Shown here piece after piece: positions 25,980-38,503 of a DNA stretch of 64,000 nucleotides. Both the position numbers and the translations under genes were made by a program. Below the pieces are notes generated by a model. It searched no databases. It worked only from the letters and a program-made list of their open reading frames with translations, and had not been told where the DNA came from. The DNA comes from Macrostomum hystrix (taxonomy: Eukaryota > Animalia > Platyhelminthes): positions 6,014,001 through 6,078,000 of the forward strand of contig CATNEN010000029.1 of the NCBI GenBank assembly GCA_950097015.1, in the 5' to 3' direction. Each line of letters opens with the position of its first letter. The stretch's first letter is position 1.

Positions 25980-27680
25980 CATTGAAACTGGTCATGGGAG
26001 GCAGTTGAAACTGGTCATTGAAGCTACCAAGCTACCAAGTTACCCAGGTCATTGAAGCTGCCCAGGTCATTGAAGCTACCCAGGTCATCATTGTAGGCTA
26101 TCCAGGTCATTAAAGCTTCACATGTCATTGTAGGCTATCCAGGTCATTAAAGCTTCACAGGTCATTGTAGGCTATGCAGGTCATTGAAGCTTCACAGGTC
26201 ATTGAAGCTACACAGGTCATTGTAGGCTATCCAGGTCATTGAAGCTACCCAGGTCATTGTAGGCTATCCAGGTCATTGAAGCTACCCAGGTCATTGTAGG
26301 CTATCCAGGTCATTGACGCTACACAGGTCATTGAAGCTACCCAGGTCATTGAAGCTACACTGGTCATTGAAGCTACACAGGTCATTGACGCTACACAGGT
26401 CATTGAAGCTACCCAGGGCATTGAAGCTACACTGGTCATTGAAGCTACACAGGTCATTGACGCTACACAGGTCATTGAAGCTACCCAGGTCATTGAAGCT
26501 ACACAGGTCATTGAAGCAACACAGGTCATTGAAGCTACACAGGTCATTGAAGCTACCCAGGTCATTGAAGCTACACAGGTCATTGAAGCTGCCCAGGTCA
26601 TTGAAGCTACACACGTCATTGAAGCTGCCCAGGTCATTGAAGCTACCCAGGTCATTGAAGCTGCCCAGGTCATTGAAGCTACCCAGGTCATTGAAGCTAC
26701 ACAGGTCATTGAAGCTACACAGGTCATTGAAGCTACACAGGTCATTGAAGCTACACAGGTCATTGAAGCTACACAGGTCATTGAAGCTACACTGGTCATT
26801 GAAGCTACACAGGTCATTGACGCTACACAGGTCATTGAAGCTACCCAGGGCATTGAAGCTACACTGGTCATTGAAGCTACACAGGTCATTGACGCTACAC
26901 AGGTCATTGAAGCTACCCAGGTCATTGAAGCTACACAGGTCATTGAAGCAACACAGGTCATTGAAGCTACACAGGTCATTGAAGCTACCCAGGTCATTGA
27001 AGCTACACAGGTCATTGAAGCTGCCCAGGTCATTGAAGCTACACACGTCATTGAAGCTGCCCAGGTCATTGAAGCTACCCAGGTCATTGAAGCTGCCCAG
27101 GTCATTGAAGCTACCCAGGTCATTGAAGCTACACAGGTCATTGAAGCTACACAGGTCATTGAAGCTACCCAGGTCATTGAAGCTACACAGGTCATTGAAG
27201 CTGCCCAGGTCATTGAAGCTACACACGTCATTGAAGCTGCCCAGGTCATTGAAGCTACCCAGGTCATTGAAGCTGACCAGGTCATTGAAGCTACCCAGGT
27301 CATTGAAGCTACACAGGTCATTGAAGCTACACAGGTCATTGAAGCTACCCAGGTCATTGAAGCTACACAGGTCATTGAAGCTGCCCAGGTCATTGAAGCT
27401 ACACACGTCATTGAAGCTGCCCAGGTCATTGAAGCTACCCAGGTCATTGAAGCTGCCCAGGTCATTGAAGCTACCCAGGTCATTGAAGCTACCCAGGTCA
27501 TTGAAGCTACACAGGTCATTGAAGCTACACAGGTCATTGAAGCTACACATGTCATTGAAGCTACACAGGTCATTGAAGCTACACAGGTCATTGAAGCTAC
27601 ACAGGTCATTGAAGCTACACAGTTCATTGAAGCTACACAGGTCATTGAAGCTGCCCAGGTCATTGTAGGCTATCCAGGTC
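25980..27680. repeat. 18-bp tandem array (CAGGTCATTGAAGCTACA) with 432-bp higher-order duplication
   Basis: Direct tandem copies; a rare GGGCATT variant recurs at 26416 and 26848. Explains ORFs 26254-27742. Confidence 0.95.
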
Positions 27681-28127
27681 ACTACCAAAGACTCAGTTGT
27701 TAATTTATCAGCGATGGTCGCATGTATAGTTGCATGCCTCATTAGGAAAATGTTTAAGTGCCTGGGTATTGCCAGGAGGCAATCCTCTATCTTGAATAAG
27801 CCTATTATATTTTAAACCAAACCAAAGCTGAATATTTTCTGAACAAAAGACAAGATACCAGCAGTCAATTGTATCTTTTTTATCTGAATTTTTTTGCAAA
27901 AAAAACTAGATGCAGTTTTAGACATCCAACGAAATTTCTAAGCAAAATCTAAGGTAGTTATCAGCAAATATGACGGTAGAGCCTTTTGCATTAGTGTTGG
28001 GAGCAACTGGATATTAACAAAGCTATTACAGTCTAGAATTGTTTATACTGTGCCAACAGAGCTTTGTCATTTTTCCACTAAAGTTTTTAGTCCTTATAAG
28101 ACGTTGCAAAATATCAATATATTTACT

Positions 28128-28341
28128 TCCGGTTTGGAACTTCCGGCGGTTTGGAAACCTTCCTGTTTAAAAACCTTCCGGTTTGGAAGCCTTCCGGTTT
28201 GGAAACCTTCCGGTTTGGATCTTCCGGAGGTTTGGAAACCTTCCAGTCTGGAAACCTTCCAGTTTGCAAACCTTCCGGTTTGGAAGCCTTCCGGTTTGGA
28301 AACCTTCCCGTTTGCAAACCTCCCGGTTTGGAAACCTTCCT
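28128..28341. repeat. 16-bp self-complementary tandem array (CCTTCCGGTTTGGAAA)
   Basis: Direct tandem copies immediately 3-prime of the PKI-like stop codon. Confidence 0.9.
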
Positions 28342-28366
28342 GGTTGGTCTACTGACAGTGAACGTT

Positions 28367-28483
28367 TCAGCTGAAGCCTATCGGACTCGGACAGCCGAGC
28401 AGCCGCCTGGGAGTGCTGCGCTCTCGCTCGCTGCTCGCACGTCGCCTCACAGGCCTCTGGTGCTGCTGCTGTATCGGCAACTG

Positions 28484-28520
<37 letters not shown>

Positions 28521-29074
28521 GACAGCATTTGTAATTGGCGACGCTGCGGAGCCCGAAGGCTGCAGGCACGCCTGGTATGCCGCGCAAACAGACTAGCTGC
28601 CTCCTTGGAGGAAGATGGCGACTTCGCCGATGCTGTCAACGACTTCGGCGACGCAGTTGACGTCGCTGACTGCGACGCAGCGTCGACGCCGTATGTAGCG
28701 AGCAGGCGACGAACGTCTTCCGGCGGAGCCCCGATGAAAATGTCCGGCATCGCGTTGCGCCGACCGCGGCGACCTACGCTCGCAAGATCGCCGGCGCCAC
28801 CGCTGCAGACGCCAAAGTTGTCACCCTCAGCAGCCTGCTGGTGCCGTCGCTCCCTGACAGTGCGGCAACGCCGAAGGCCAAGAGCGGCAGCCGAGGTGGC
28901 GGCTGCAGCTGCCGCAGTCAACCCGCCCCATAGGCGGACGCTGCCGACGCGGCGAGGCCCGGCGCGATCGGACGGCGCTCCGAAGACGTCTTCGTAGATG
29001 TCGTCGTCGCAGGCAGCGGAGGCTGTAGCTCCGCCTTTGTCGCTGCGTTGGGGGGCGATGGCGGGACGAGTACA
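28367..29074 (-). CDS. Protein with a PKI-like PKA pseudosubstrate motif and polyQ (terminal exon; 5-prime end unresolved)
   Basis: Open frame from AG acceptor (29076-29075) to stop at 28367, about 235 codons. Contains DLASVGRRGRRNAMPDI (PKI consensus R-x-G-R-R-N-A-hydrophobic), polyQ and RRRASS. A possible first exon MQQSSTEEP lies near 29310-29215, but its phase does not match simply. Confidence 0.6.
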
Positions 29075-30491
29075 CTAGTTAGGTCACGTGATTTTTTGGT
29101 ATCTGGGAAAGTGTCTATTTTTAGGCCCATTTTCTGAAACCTTAAAAATGAGAATCAAAGTTTTTAATGCATGAACTCAACAGTTGCCCGAACGCTAAAA
29201 AATCCTTTGCAAACCTCTGGCTCGGATCGCTGTTGCTGCTCTGGGTTCGAATCTTTTCCCACGGCTTCCGACGCTGTGGCTGCGGCTCCTCTGTCGACGA
29301 TTGCTGCATCCTTGGGCAGGCTCTGCGGCTCGAGCTTGTGGATGGAATCGAGGCCTCTTTAACCCGAGGCTATTGAGGCCTTTAATCCTTTCAGCACTCA
29401 GTCGCCCTGAGCCAATCATGTACTCCGGCCTTTTTTCATAGGGATCTCTCAGCTCCCTCTTCGCTCACCTAGCAGAGCCTCGCCTGGGATTTTTCAACGC
29501 ACACCCCACTCCACTCCCAAGCCCGAATTCAAGCCGCCCAGACCGCCCGTAGGTGATTCTGTCGAGGCACGCGAAGCAATCAACCGATAGATGCGGCCTG
29601 AGAGGTGAGAGAAATTTGAGCAGACTGACTGGGAAAGATAGATTTTTAAAAAAGGCGCGGCTAGATTAAAGAGCAAAGTCAAGGCTGTTCTTAAAAGCCC
29701 GACGACCGATCGCGCCAAGACTCATCTGGGCTGGCTAAAAATTTCTTTCAAGAGAGCGGCGTCCTATTCAAAAGCCCAGACGGGAAGACTTCTTTGGCTT
29801 AGAGTTCGCTCGCCATGAGTGCGAGAACTGCGGCCTCTCTCCCTCTTTGCCTTTTCTGATCGCGCTTGCCTGGAACTCGATTTAATAGGCGAAAGCAGCT
29901 GTTTCAGTCCATGGACTGTTGTGGGGGCGTTAGATCCACCTGAATTTCTACACCTGCTACAAATGCTGGAAGCCATTCTAGAACAGATGCAACTAGCAAG
30001 GATTCGAACTCAAGACTCTCGACTAAAAACCTAAATCTCAAACAACCGCGCTACAACATCCCGACATCGAACAATTCTCTATCACAAGAGCTGCTTTCGG
30101 CGTCACCTAGTAAGGGAGCTTCTAAAAGTGCACGATCAGCTAGCAGCAGGAGCGCGGGTCATTGTCAGAATCCAGGCCCCACACAATTCACCCATCTGTC
30201 ATGACCGGGTTTCCAAGCTTTCAGGTCCGAAAAATTTGCTCTGATCTCAAAGCGACTAATACTAAGGAGAAGTAATTAATTTCTTTCTGGCACTGAGATT
30301 AACGCGGACAAGAACAGACCATGTGCAGTGGACCGATCAGCGCGACTTGTGCAGAAAGAAATGGCAAATTGCTCGATAGCGAAGGATGGGGCTACCTCGC
30401 CAGATTTCCGACTTCCTGTACTCGAAAAAAATTCCAGTCCAAGCATCCGCTGAGAAGACCCTGGGACAGGGGCCTCCCAAACACAAGTCCT

Positions 30492-30742
30492 AAATAATAA
30501 TAATGACACAAGGGCTGCGGGCAATGCCACATTGTTTGGTGAAACTGGACCCGCTGCCAGCAATTCTGCCCTTTTCTCTGACTCCTGAGCACACACGCAC
30601 ACAGGGGTGTGTACATCTGCCCTGACGTTCTCATTATAAGGCAGTGTACACTCTCACTGTGCCTTGGAGTTTGGCTCTCAATGGCATCAATTTCAGGACA
30701 AGCCCCAAATGAATGTGGCCTCGCCGCGGAATCGAGCTCAGG
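30492..30742 (-). mobile_element. SINE-B copy with (ATT)n tail
   Basis: Reverse complement matches SINE-B body; tail TATTATTATT. Confidence 0.85.
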
Positions 30743-31411
30743 GACCTTGGTGCGAGAGGCCGCTGTCACTAAAGCCCAAACACCCGTCCTTTGCCTAAGC
30801 GAATAAGCTTAATTCTCAATGGCTTGAATTCTTCGCGCAACTGTAAAAGGCTGTTTAAATTTACGAGTAAATTTGACGGTAGAATTTAAATCTAACGTCA
30901 CTATGACCCATTTGCTTTTCCTCGCTCGAGAAAATATGGATCTGCGTTAATTTACAACAAAGGGTACTTACAGTAGTCAATGTATAAATAATTTTTCGGT
31001 CTTTTGTATTTAGTTCGACGATCTAAATGGAATTTACGCTCGTATAATATCTATGACACAAACTGGATCAGTGTCTAATCTAAAAGCACACCAGTAAGAA
31101 TAGGATGTTCAATAGCTAGCATCAATACGCTTGAGGCTTTAAAAGATTGGGTCTTTGTTTCGATAGTCTTTGTTTTAGTACGTATTTTCTTGAATCGAAC
31201 ACAGGCTTTCGGCTTTTGTTTTAGCAATCAGCTTTTGTAGCTCTCATTTATAGGCATTCGTTAAAACGGGATATAAATTTTTGTTTAAATTTTCGTTCAA
31301 AATAAGCGCAAGATTAGGATTTTAAAACATCTCGGTTACAAATACGAGATCGCTTGGGAATACAATCGAGAGGCATAACATTGCTTTACTCGTTCTAGAG
31401 TACAGTACTTG

Positions 31412-33753
31412 TCACATGCACCTACAGCAGGAAAAGGACTTCGAGATCTTTCTGTCCCGAGCATTGTTACTGGGTTGGACCATCGAGTCCAACTCCTTTA
31501 TGGACTGACGAATCGAGCTGTCAGTCATGGTCAACTGTGACTGCGACCTCTGCCTCTGAAGCACCAGCGATTGGCGTCGGCACTCTGACAGACAGCTGGC
31601 AGCGACCGCTTCGAATAGCTCGGTAACCTGATGGCCGGTCTTGGCTGACACACAGAACAAGCGATCCTGAGGGACTGTCACAGTGACCACAGATTCCAAT
31701 TAGAATATTTACAGCTGGAATAGACACAGGTGGGAACAGACACAGGTGGGAACAGACACAGCTGGGAATAGACACAGGTGGGAACAGACACAGCTGGGAA
31801 TAGACACAGGTGGGAACAGAAACAGGTGGGAACAGACACAGATGGGAACAGACACAGGCGGGAATAGACATGAGTGGGAATAGACACAGGTGGGAACAGA
31901 CACAGGTGGGAACAGACACAGGCGGGAATAGACACGAGTGGGAATAGACACAGGTGGGAATAGACATGAGTGGGAATAGACACAGGTGGGAACAGACACA
32001 GGTGGGAACAGACACAGGTGGGAACAGACACAGGTGGGAACAGACACAGGCGGGAATAGACACGAGTGGGAATAGACACAGGTGGGAATAGACACAGGTG
32101 GGAATAGACACAGGTGGGAACAGACACAGGTGGGAACAGACACAGGCGGGAATAGATAAAGGTGGGAATAGATAAAGGTGGGAATAGACACAGGCGGGAA
32201 CAGACACAGGCGGGAACAGACACAGCTGGGAATAGATAAAGGTGGGAATAGACACAGGTGGGAACAGACACAGGTGGGAACAGACACAGGTGGGAACAGA
32301 CACAGGTGGGAACAGACACAGGCGGGAACAGACACAGGTGGGAACAGAAACAGGTGGGAATAGACACGGGTGGGAATAGATAAAAGTGGGAATAGACACA
32401 GGCAGGAACAGACACAGGCGGGAACAGACACAGCTGGGAATAGATAAAGGTGGGAATAGATAAAGGTGGGAATAGATAAAGGTGGGAATAGACACAGGCG
32501 GGAACAGACACAGGCGGGAACAGACACAGCTGGGAATAGATAAAGGTGGGAATAGACACAGATGAGAACAGACACAGGTGGGAACAGACACAGGTGGGAA
32601 TAGACACAGGTGGGAACAGACACAGGCGGGAATAGACACGAGTGGGAATAGACACAGGTGGGAATAGACACAGCTGGGAATAGATAAAGGTGGGAATAGA
32701 CACAGGTGGGAACAGACACAGGTGGGAACAGACACAGGTGGGAACAGACACAGGTGGGAACAGACACAGGCGGGAACAGACACAGGTGGGAACAGAAACA
32801 GGTGGGAATAGACACGGGTGGGAATAGATAAAAGTGGGAATAGACACAGGCAGGAACAGACACAGGCGGGAACAGACACAGCTGGGAATAGATAAAGGTG
32901 GGAATAGATAAAGGTGGGAATAGATAAAGGTGGGAATAGACACAGGCGGGAACAGACACAGGCGGGAACAGACACAGCTGGGAATAGATAAAGGTGGGAA
33001 TAGACACAGATGAGAACAGACACAGGTGGGAACAGACACAGGTGGGAATAGACACAGGTGGGAACAGACACAGGCGGGAATAGACACGAGTGGGAATAGA
33101 CACAGGTGGGAATAGACACGAGTGGGAATAGACACAGGTGGGAACAGACACAGGTGGGAAGCAGAAATAAATTCAAATTCCTAAAAAATTGCTAAGCAAT
33201 ATATAGAGCCGCAATGCAACTGACTCGAGTGCTGCCTGGCAAAGCTTTTCAGCATTTCCGAATCCACATGTCGCCGCCGACTTAGGGAGCAGTCATTTTC
33301 TGTTTTGTCCTCGCCGCTTCCAACGTTGGTGGCACGGTCGTCGCGTGCTGCACCCGACATGCTGAGCAGAAGGTCGGATTTGCAGCCGCAGAGGAACTAG
33401 AGCCGCATTCGGCAGCCGCATCGTCAGGTCGGAAATCCAGAAGGACGACTTCAACAGGGTGGTGTAGTCGGCGAGATCGAAGCAGACTACAGCAGCCGAG
33501 CTGCCACCGTAGTACAGCGTGTTGAAATCGTAGAATCTTTCTTCGCCAGCCGTGTCCCACAGGACGATGGTGGCATCGGCAGCCGGCCCGGTCAGTCCGC
33601 TCTGACCACCCGTGACAAGCTGGCGCCGGCCGCAGCAGTCAGAGGGCATTGTGGGCGCCTCCAGTCCTGTGAAGTCGTCATTCACGAACCGGTGAAACAG
33701 GGAGGTTTTGCCAACTGAGGGTACGCCTAGCAGGACTACCTTGAGCTCTGGCA

Positions 33754-33754
<1 letters not shown>
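31412..33754 (-). CDS. Rab24-like small GTPase with apparent +1 frameshift (possibly pseudogene or sequence error)
   Basis: Exon 1 is 33754-33225: G1 GVPSVGKTS, G3 WDTAGEE, then after one extra C near 33393 the G4 LCGCKSDL. Exon 2 is 31674-31412: G5 CVSAKTG, ending SFSCCRCM. The shifted frame joins exon 2 in phase 1. The pattern AAVVCFDL...FW...LCGxKSDL...RRRHVD...SCC recalls Rab24 most closely. Confidence 0.8.
31715..33160. repeat. 16-bp tandem array (CACAGGTGGGAACAGA) filling the Rab intron, 448-bp higher-order duplication
   Basis: Direct tandem copies; variant GATGAG recurs at 32561 and 33009. Confidence 0.95.
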
Positions 33755-33819
<65 letters not shown>

Positions 33820-33990
33820 CTGCTGTTGCTGCTGCTTCTGCTGCTGCTGCTGCTTCTGCTGCTTCTGCTGTTGCTGCTGCTTCTGCTGCTGCTGCTGCTT
33901 CTGCTGTTGCTGCTTTTGCTGCTGCTTCTGCTGTTGCTGCTGCTTCTGCTGTTGCTGCTGCTTCTGCTGCTGCTGCTGCTTCTGCTGCTG
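33755..33990. repeat. Compound (GCT)n / (GCTGCTTCT)n trinucleotide tract upstream of the Rab ATG
   Basis: Reads as poly-Ala with interspersed E/T on the minus strand, in frame with the GTPase. Confidence 0.9.
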
Positions 33991-34598
33991 AAGATGCTGC
34001 TGTGTGACCTAGGATCCTAAAATAATTGTCTAACATTTGGTTTGGGTGGTCCAAAAGAGATATCTATTGGCTTCTGAATGTTGGGTGTCCTAAAATATTT
34101 TGTCCTTAGACGATCCACCTGACAATTGAGGGTTGGTGAGGGTTTACTATTCTCTACAGTAAAGGTAGGGTTTCAAAGGGTAGCTATTGTCACGCATTCC
34201 TTCAGTCACCATCAGATTCTTACCTTCTTCGGATTGAAGTCTAAAATCTTTGTTTAAGAGGCCAAGGCTATAACATTGAATTCTGCAATTAGCAGTTTGT
34301 TTTGCCATATTTTATAGTCCATTTGCATAAACAAAGGCAAGCTACGCACCATTTTGCCATTGCACAAATCTCTCAGCTGCTGTTACCTGATAAAAATCTG
34401 TCAAATGAAATTTACATATCATTTAACTTTATTTACAGGTTGGTCTATGCGCATTCTTTACTTAGAAATTACGCACAACACTTGTCATATACGCTCATTA
34501 CAATCAATGCTATCTGGCTCATACTTAAAGCCAGAGCTCTACGAAGTGAAAAAAAAGAATGAAGATATGAACCTAAAAAATATGCTTTCATTTATTTT

Positions 34599-34662
34599 GG
34601 TGAGTGGCATAGCGATCTAACGCGTTTGCCTCTCGCACCGATCTTCCTGAGTTCGATTCCGC
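34599..34662 (+). mobile_element. SINE-B tRNA head only
   Basis: GGTGAGTGGCATAGCG...GAGTTCGATTCC, with A and B boxes. Confidence 0.7.
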
Positions 34663-34986
34663 TAATAATATCATTATTAAGTTTTAATATGCTTATTTTC
34701 GATTATTTTTTCAATTTATTATCTATTTTTCGGTAGCGCTACTTATAGTAATGGTTATCGAAACACATTTCCCGTTTTGTTGAACGCACACCCTGTGCGT
34801 TTCGAAAAATGTCGCCTCTCTGCCCAAAGAGCTCGGAATGTAGAAACTGTAGACACAACTCCCAACCAAACCCCTATTTCCAGACCAGTGTGGGCTGACT
34901 GACTGTCCCAAAAATACACTGGGCAGATAGTACATTCGGATGCACTAATTGGAGAAAAGTACTGATAAATTCTGTACCGTTCAACC

Positions 34987-35406
<420 letters not shown>

Positions 35407-36866
35407 AGTTAATCAGTAGTTGCAGAGCAGTACTCAGAATTCTTTTTTTTGGCTAAAGCTTAACTAGCATTAACCATTGAAGAACTGTTGAATTCGATAG
35501 TACTACAATGTGCTCAACCATGCATATTTTAAATGACTTATATCAAAATTTGCACCGCAAGGCACAAGGCCTTGTGTAAGTAGATACCACACGTCCCTGA
35601 CCAGCCAGACAGGCGAGCTAATTTCAGCCCCCAGTAACAAACACACACACATGCAATGTTCTGTATAGTTCTATACAGTCCGTGTCCTAGACTGGTCGGC
35701 GCGGAGAAATCTATCGATTCTTCTGATTCCTGCCTGTCTGCCTTTCCTACTGCTTCGATTCGCGTAGGGGGCAGAGACTCGGAGCGGCTATAAGAAGGTC
35801 TTACTCGCAGCTCCTTTTCTGTTTCCTTTGATTTTTCAACCAATGGGAGCTTAGCCTTGCTCTCTAGCTATTAGTCTTGTCTGGCACACTTTATCATCAA
35901 TGCAGTGAGTGTACGCGCACAGCTAGATAAATATAGTTTATATCAGTGCCAAGCCCAGGCCCCCAGGCATAAAAATACTCCTATCCTCAAATTATCGTCT
36001 ATCATACGAGTTATTCAATATCATCTATATGGTCTGTCTGCTTCACAGTTCGGTAACAAACTAAATAGATCGGTAATGTATTGACGATTTTACTGAATTT
36101 GTTTTAATTCTTGCTTATTTTCAACAGACGCGGACCTTAGCATGGCTCTTTCGCAGGAATTTTGACCACTATCAAATCATAAAACGACCAATGCACCAGA
36201 TGAACTAGCCATTCTAATAGTTCATACAAGCTCCACATTTTTTCCTGGAACTGTTTACCGAGACACTTGATAGTTGGACCAGACGAATACTAATATTATC
36301 AAATAGGAAGTAAAACACACCCCATGGCTTGTCTGCCTGTGCGGCCCAATTGGATGTGAGAGCATGATCGCGTGAAAATGGGGAAGAAAGACAGAAATAA
36401 ATAAAAGGGGAACTTTAGTGAGTGAGTGAGTCACTTATCCGACTCGTGACTTCATCAATTAGGGCTCATGCAAAACAACTCAAGAAATCAGTCAAGCTAA
36501 CACTCATGTCCCTGAGACGATAATCTTGCCAGTGCTCAACTGAGCTATACTCAAACGACGGCAGATTTCTTTCCTTCGCTGGCGGGTTATCGACTCAAGG
36601 GAGAAGAGGCTTGAGCAAGCGTCGATAGCACTTATATTTTCTTGCCCTTACATTTTATATTGTTTTCATTTCATTTCTAATCCTTGCACCTTTCTACCTG
36701 TGGCCCGTGGCTGTAAGTTCCAATGAACATTGGTCTAAACTGTACTTTGAAAGGATCAAGCTATTTTTGGTGTGTCGCAAGTGTTGTCACTGGTCGCTTT
36801 CCTTACAAACCAGCGAGCTAGAAAGCAAAGCCAAGTCTGGCATCTTAATCTACTATACTAGTATAT

Positions 36867-37123
36867 TATTACCCAGGCTTTCAGGGCGATAATGGGAAAG
36901 CCAGAGGGCGCCGAAGGCGCCCGAGGGATTTCTCATTATCGCCCGCAAAGCCTGGGTAATACTGTGATTGTACCATAGACTATGTGGCTTATAGTATGTG
37001 GCTATACGTTAAAATACACAAAAATAATCAATTATCGGCCCAACTTTTCGGGCCAAAATGACATCGTCTATGGCAATAATCGAATATCAGCCCGCCCGAT
37101 AGCCACGTAGTCATGGTACAATC
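36867..37123. mobile_element. Double foldback (palindromic) element, probable non-autonomous DNA element
   Basis: A 95-bp near-perfect palindrome at 36867-36961 centred on GGGCGCC-GAA-GGCGCCC, followed by a second inverted repeat of about 25 bp (36966-36991 versus 37099-37123). Confidence 0.6.
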
Positions 37124-37334
37124 GAAATTTGGTGATAAACTCTAGGCAGAAACGAGACCTGGGTGTCTATGGCCTAATCTACACAATCTTCCAATAAACA
37201 TGTTTTTCTCATTTGTCCTTCAGCAAAGTTCTGCGCTTTGCCAGTAGAAGGGAATGTATGAGTGAGGAGAGTTGGGGGGAGACAGGGGAGAGTTGAGGAA
37301 AATGGGCCGCATTGACAGGGAGGAATGAGACACG

Positions 37335-37872
37335 TTTTTGTTGAGACAGGGGAGAGTTGCGACAGGGAGAGTTGAGACATGGAAGCGATAAGACAGCAGA
37401 GAGATGAGACAGGGGAGAGATGAGACAGGGGAGAGATGAGACAGGGGAGAGATGAGACAGGGGAGAGATGAGACAGGGGAGAGATGAGACACTGGAGAGA
37501 TGAGACAGGGGAGAGATGAGACGGGGAGAGATGACACAGGGGAGAGATGAGACAGGAGAGAGATGAGACAGGGGAGAGATGAGACTGGGAGAGATGAGAC
37601 AGGGGAGAGATGAGACAGGGGAGAGATGAGACACTGGAGAGATGAGACAGGGGAGAGATGAGACGGGGAGAGATGACACAGGGGAGAGATGAGACAGGGG
37701 AGAGATGAGACAGGGGAGAGATGAGACGGGGAGAGATGAGACAGGGGAGAGATGAGACGGGGAGAGATGAGACAGGGGAGAGTTGAGACAGGGGAGAGAT
37801 GAGACAGGGGAGAGATGAGACAGGGGAGAGATGAGACAGGGGAGAGATGAGACAGGGGAGAGATGAGACGGG
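37335..37872. repeat. 16-bp tandem array (GAGACAGGGGAGAGAT)
   Basis: Direct tandem copies running into a SINE-B fragment. Confidence 0.9.
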
Positions 37873-37889
37873 AGTGGTGAGGCAGGTGA

Positions 37890-38047
37890 GGGCTTGATGG
37901 CAACTTACTCCTTTGATGGCCAACCTCCAAGGCACAGTGAGAGTGTACACTGCCTGACGATGAGAAAGTCAGGGAAGATGTACACACGACACCACACCAG
38001 TGTGATTGCGTGCCTGCTTACAGTATCAGTGTGCTCAGGAGTCAGCA
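37890..38047 (+). mobile_element. SINE-B 3-prime fragment
   Basis: GGCCAACCTCCAAGGCACAGTGAGAGTGTACACTGCC...CTCAGGAGTCAGC matches the family. Confidence 0.8.
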
Positions 38048-38503
38048 TTGTGCATAAAACTGAAGCAATGAACAAGCAATTACTGTACAGTGAGAACTTC
38101 ACATAAATACACATGAGCATGTTATTAACGCACTCAATAATGTTTGCTAACTGGAAGTGCATTTGACTTTTAACAAATCACAGTATATGTTATAGCGAGT
38201 TACAAAACAAACACACGTGAAAGTTGAAGTCTGGGGTGACAATTGCGCAGTACATTGGGCCCTAATAAAACTATTTAACAGTTCTGCTGTACTGAAGCTC
38301 ATGTAGCAATCGAAGCGCTTCATTTCTCTACACTTCCAACTTGCACAATATAAGCTAACAGTCACAGAAATACAGCCAGAAAGAGGATTGCATGATTGGA
38401 GCTTTGAATACGAGTGGATACAAAATATATTAAATTCTGTACAACACCAATGTCAGACGCCATTTTTATTTCAAATCTTTTTGAATTGCTGCGCTCTCAT
38501 ATT

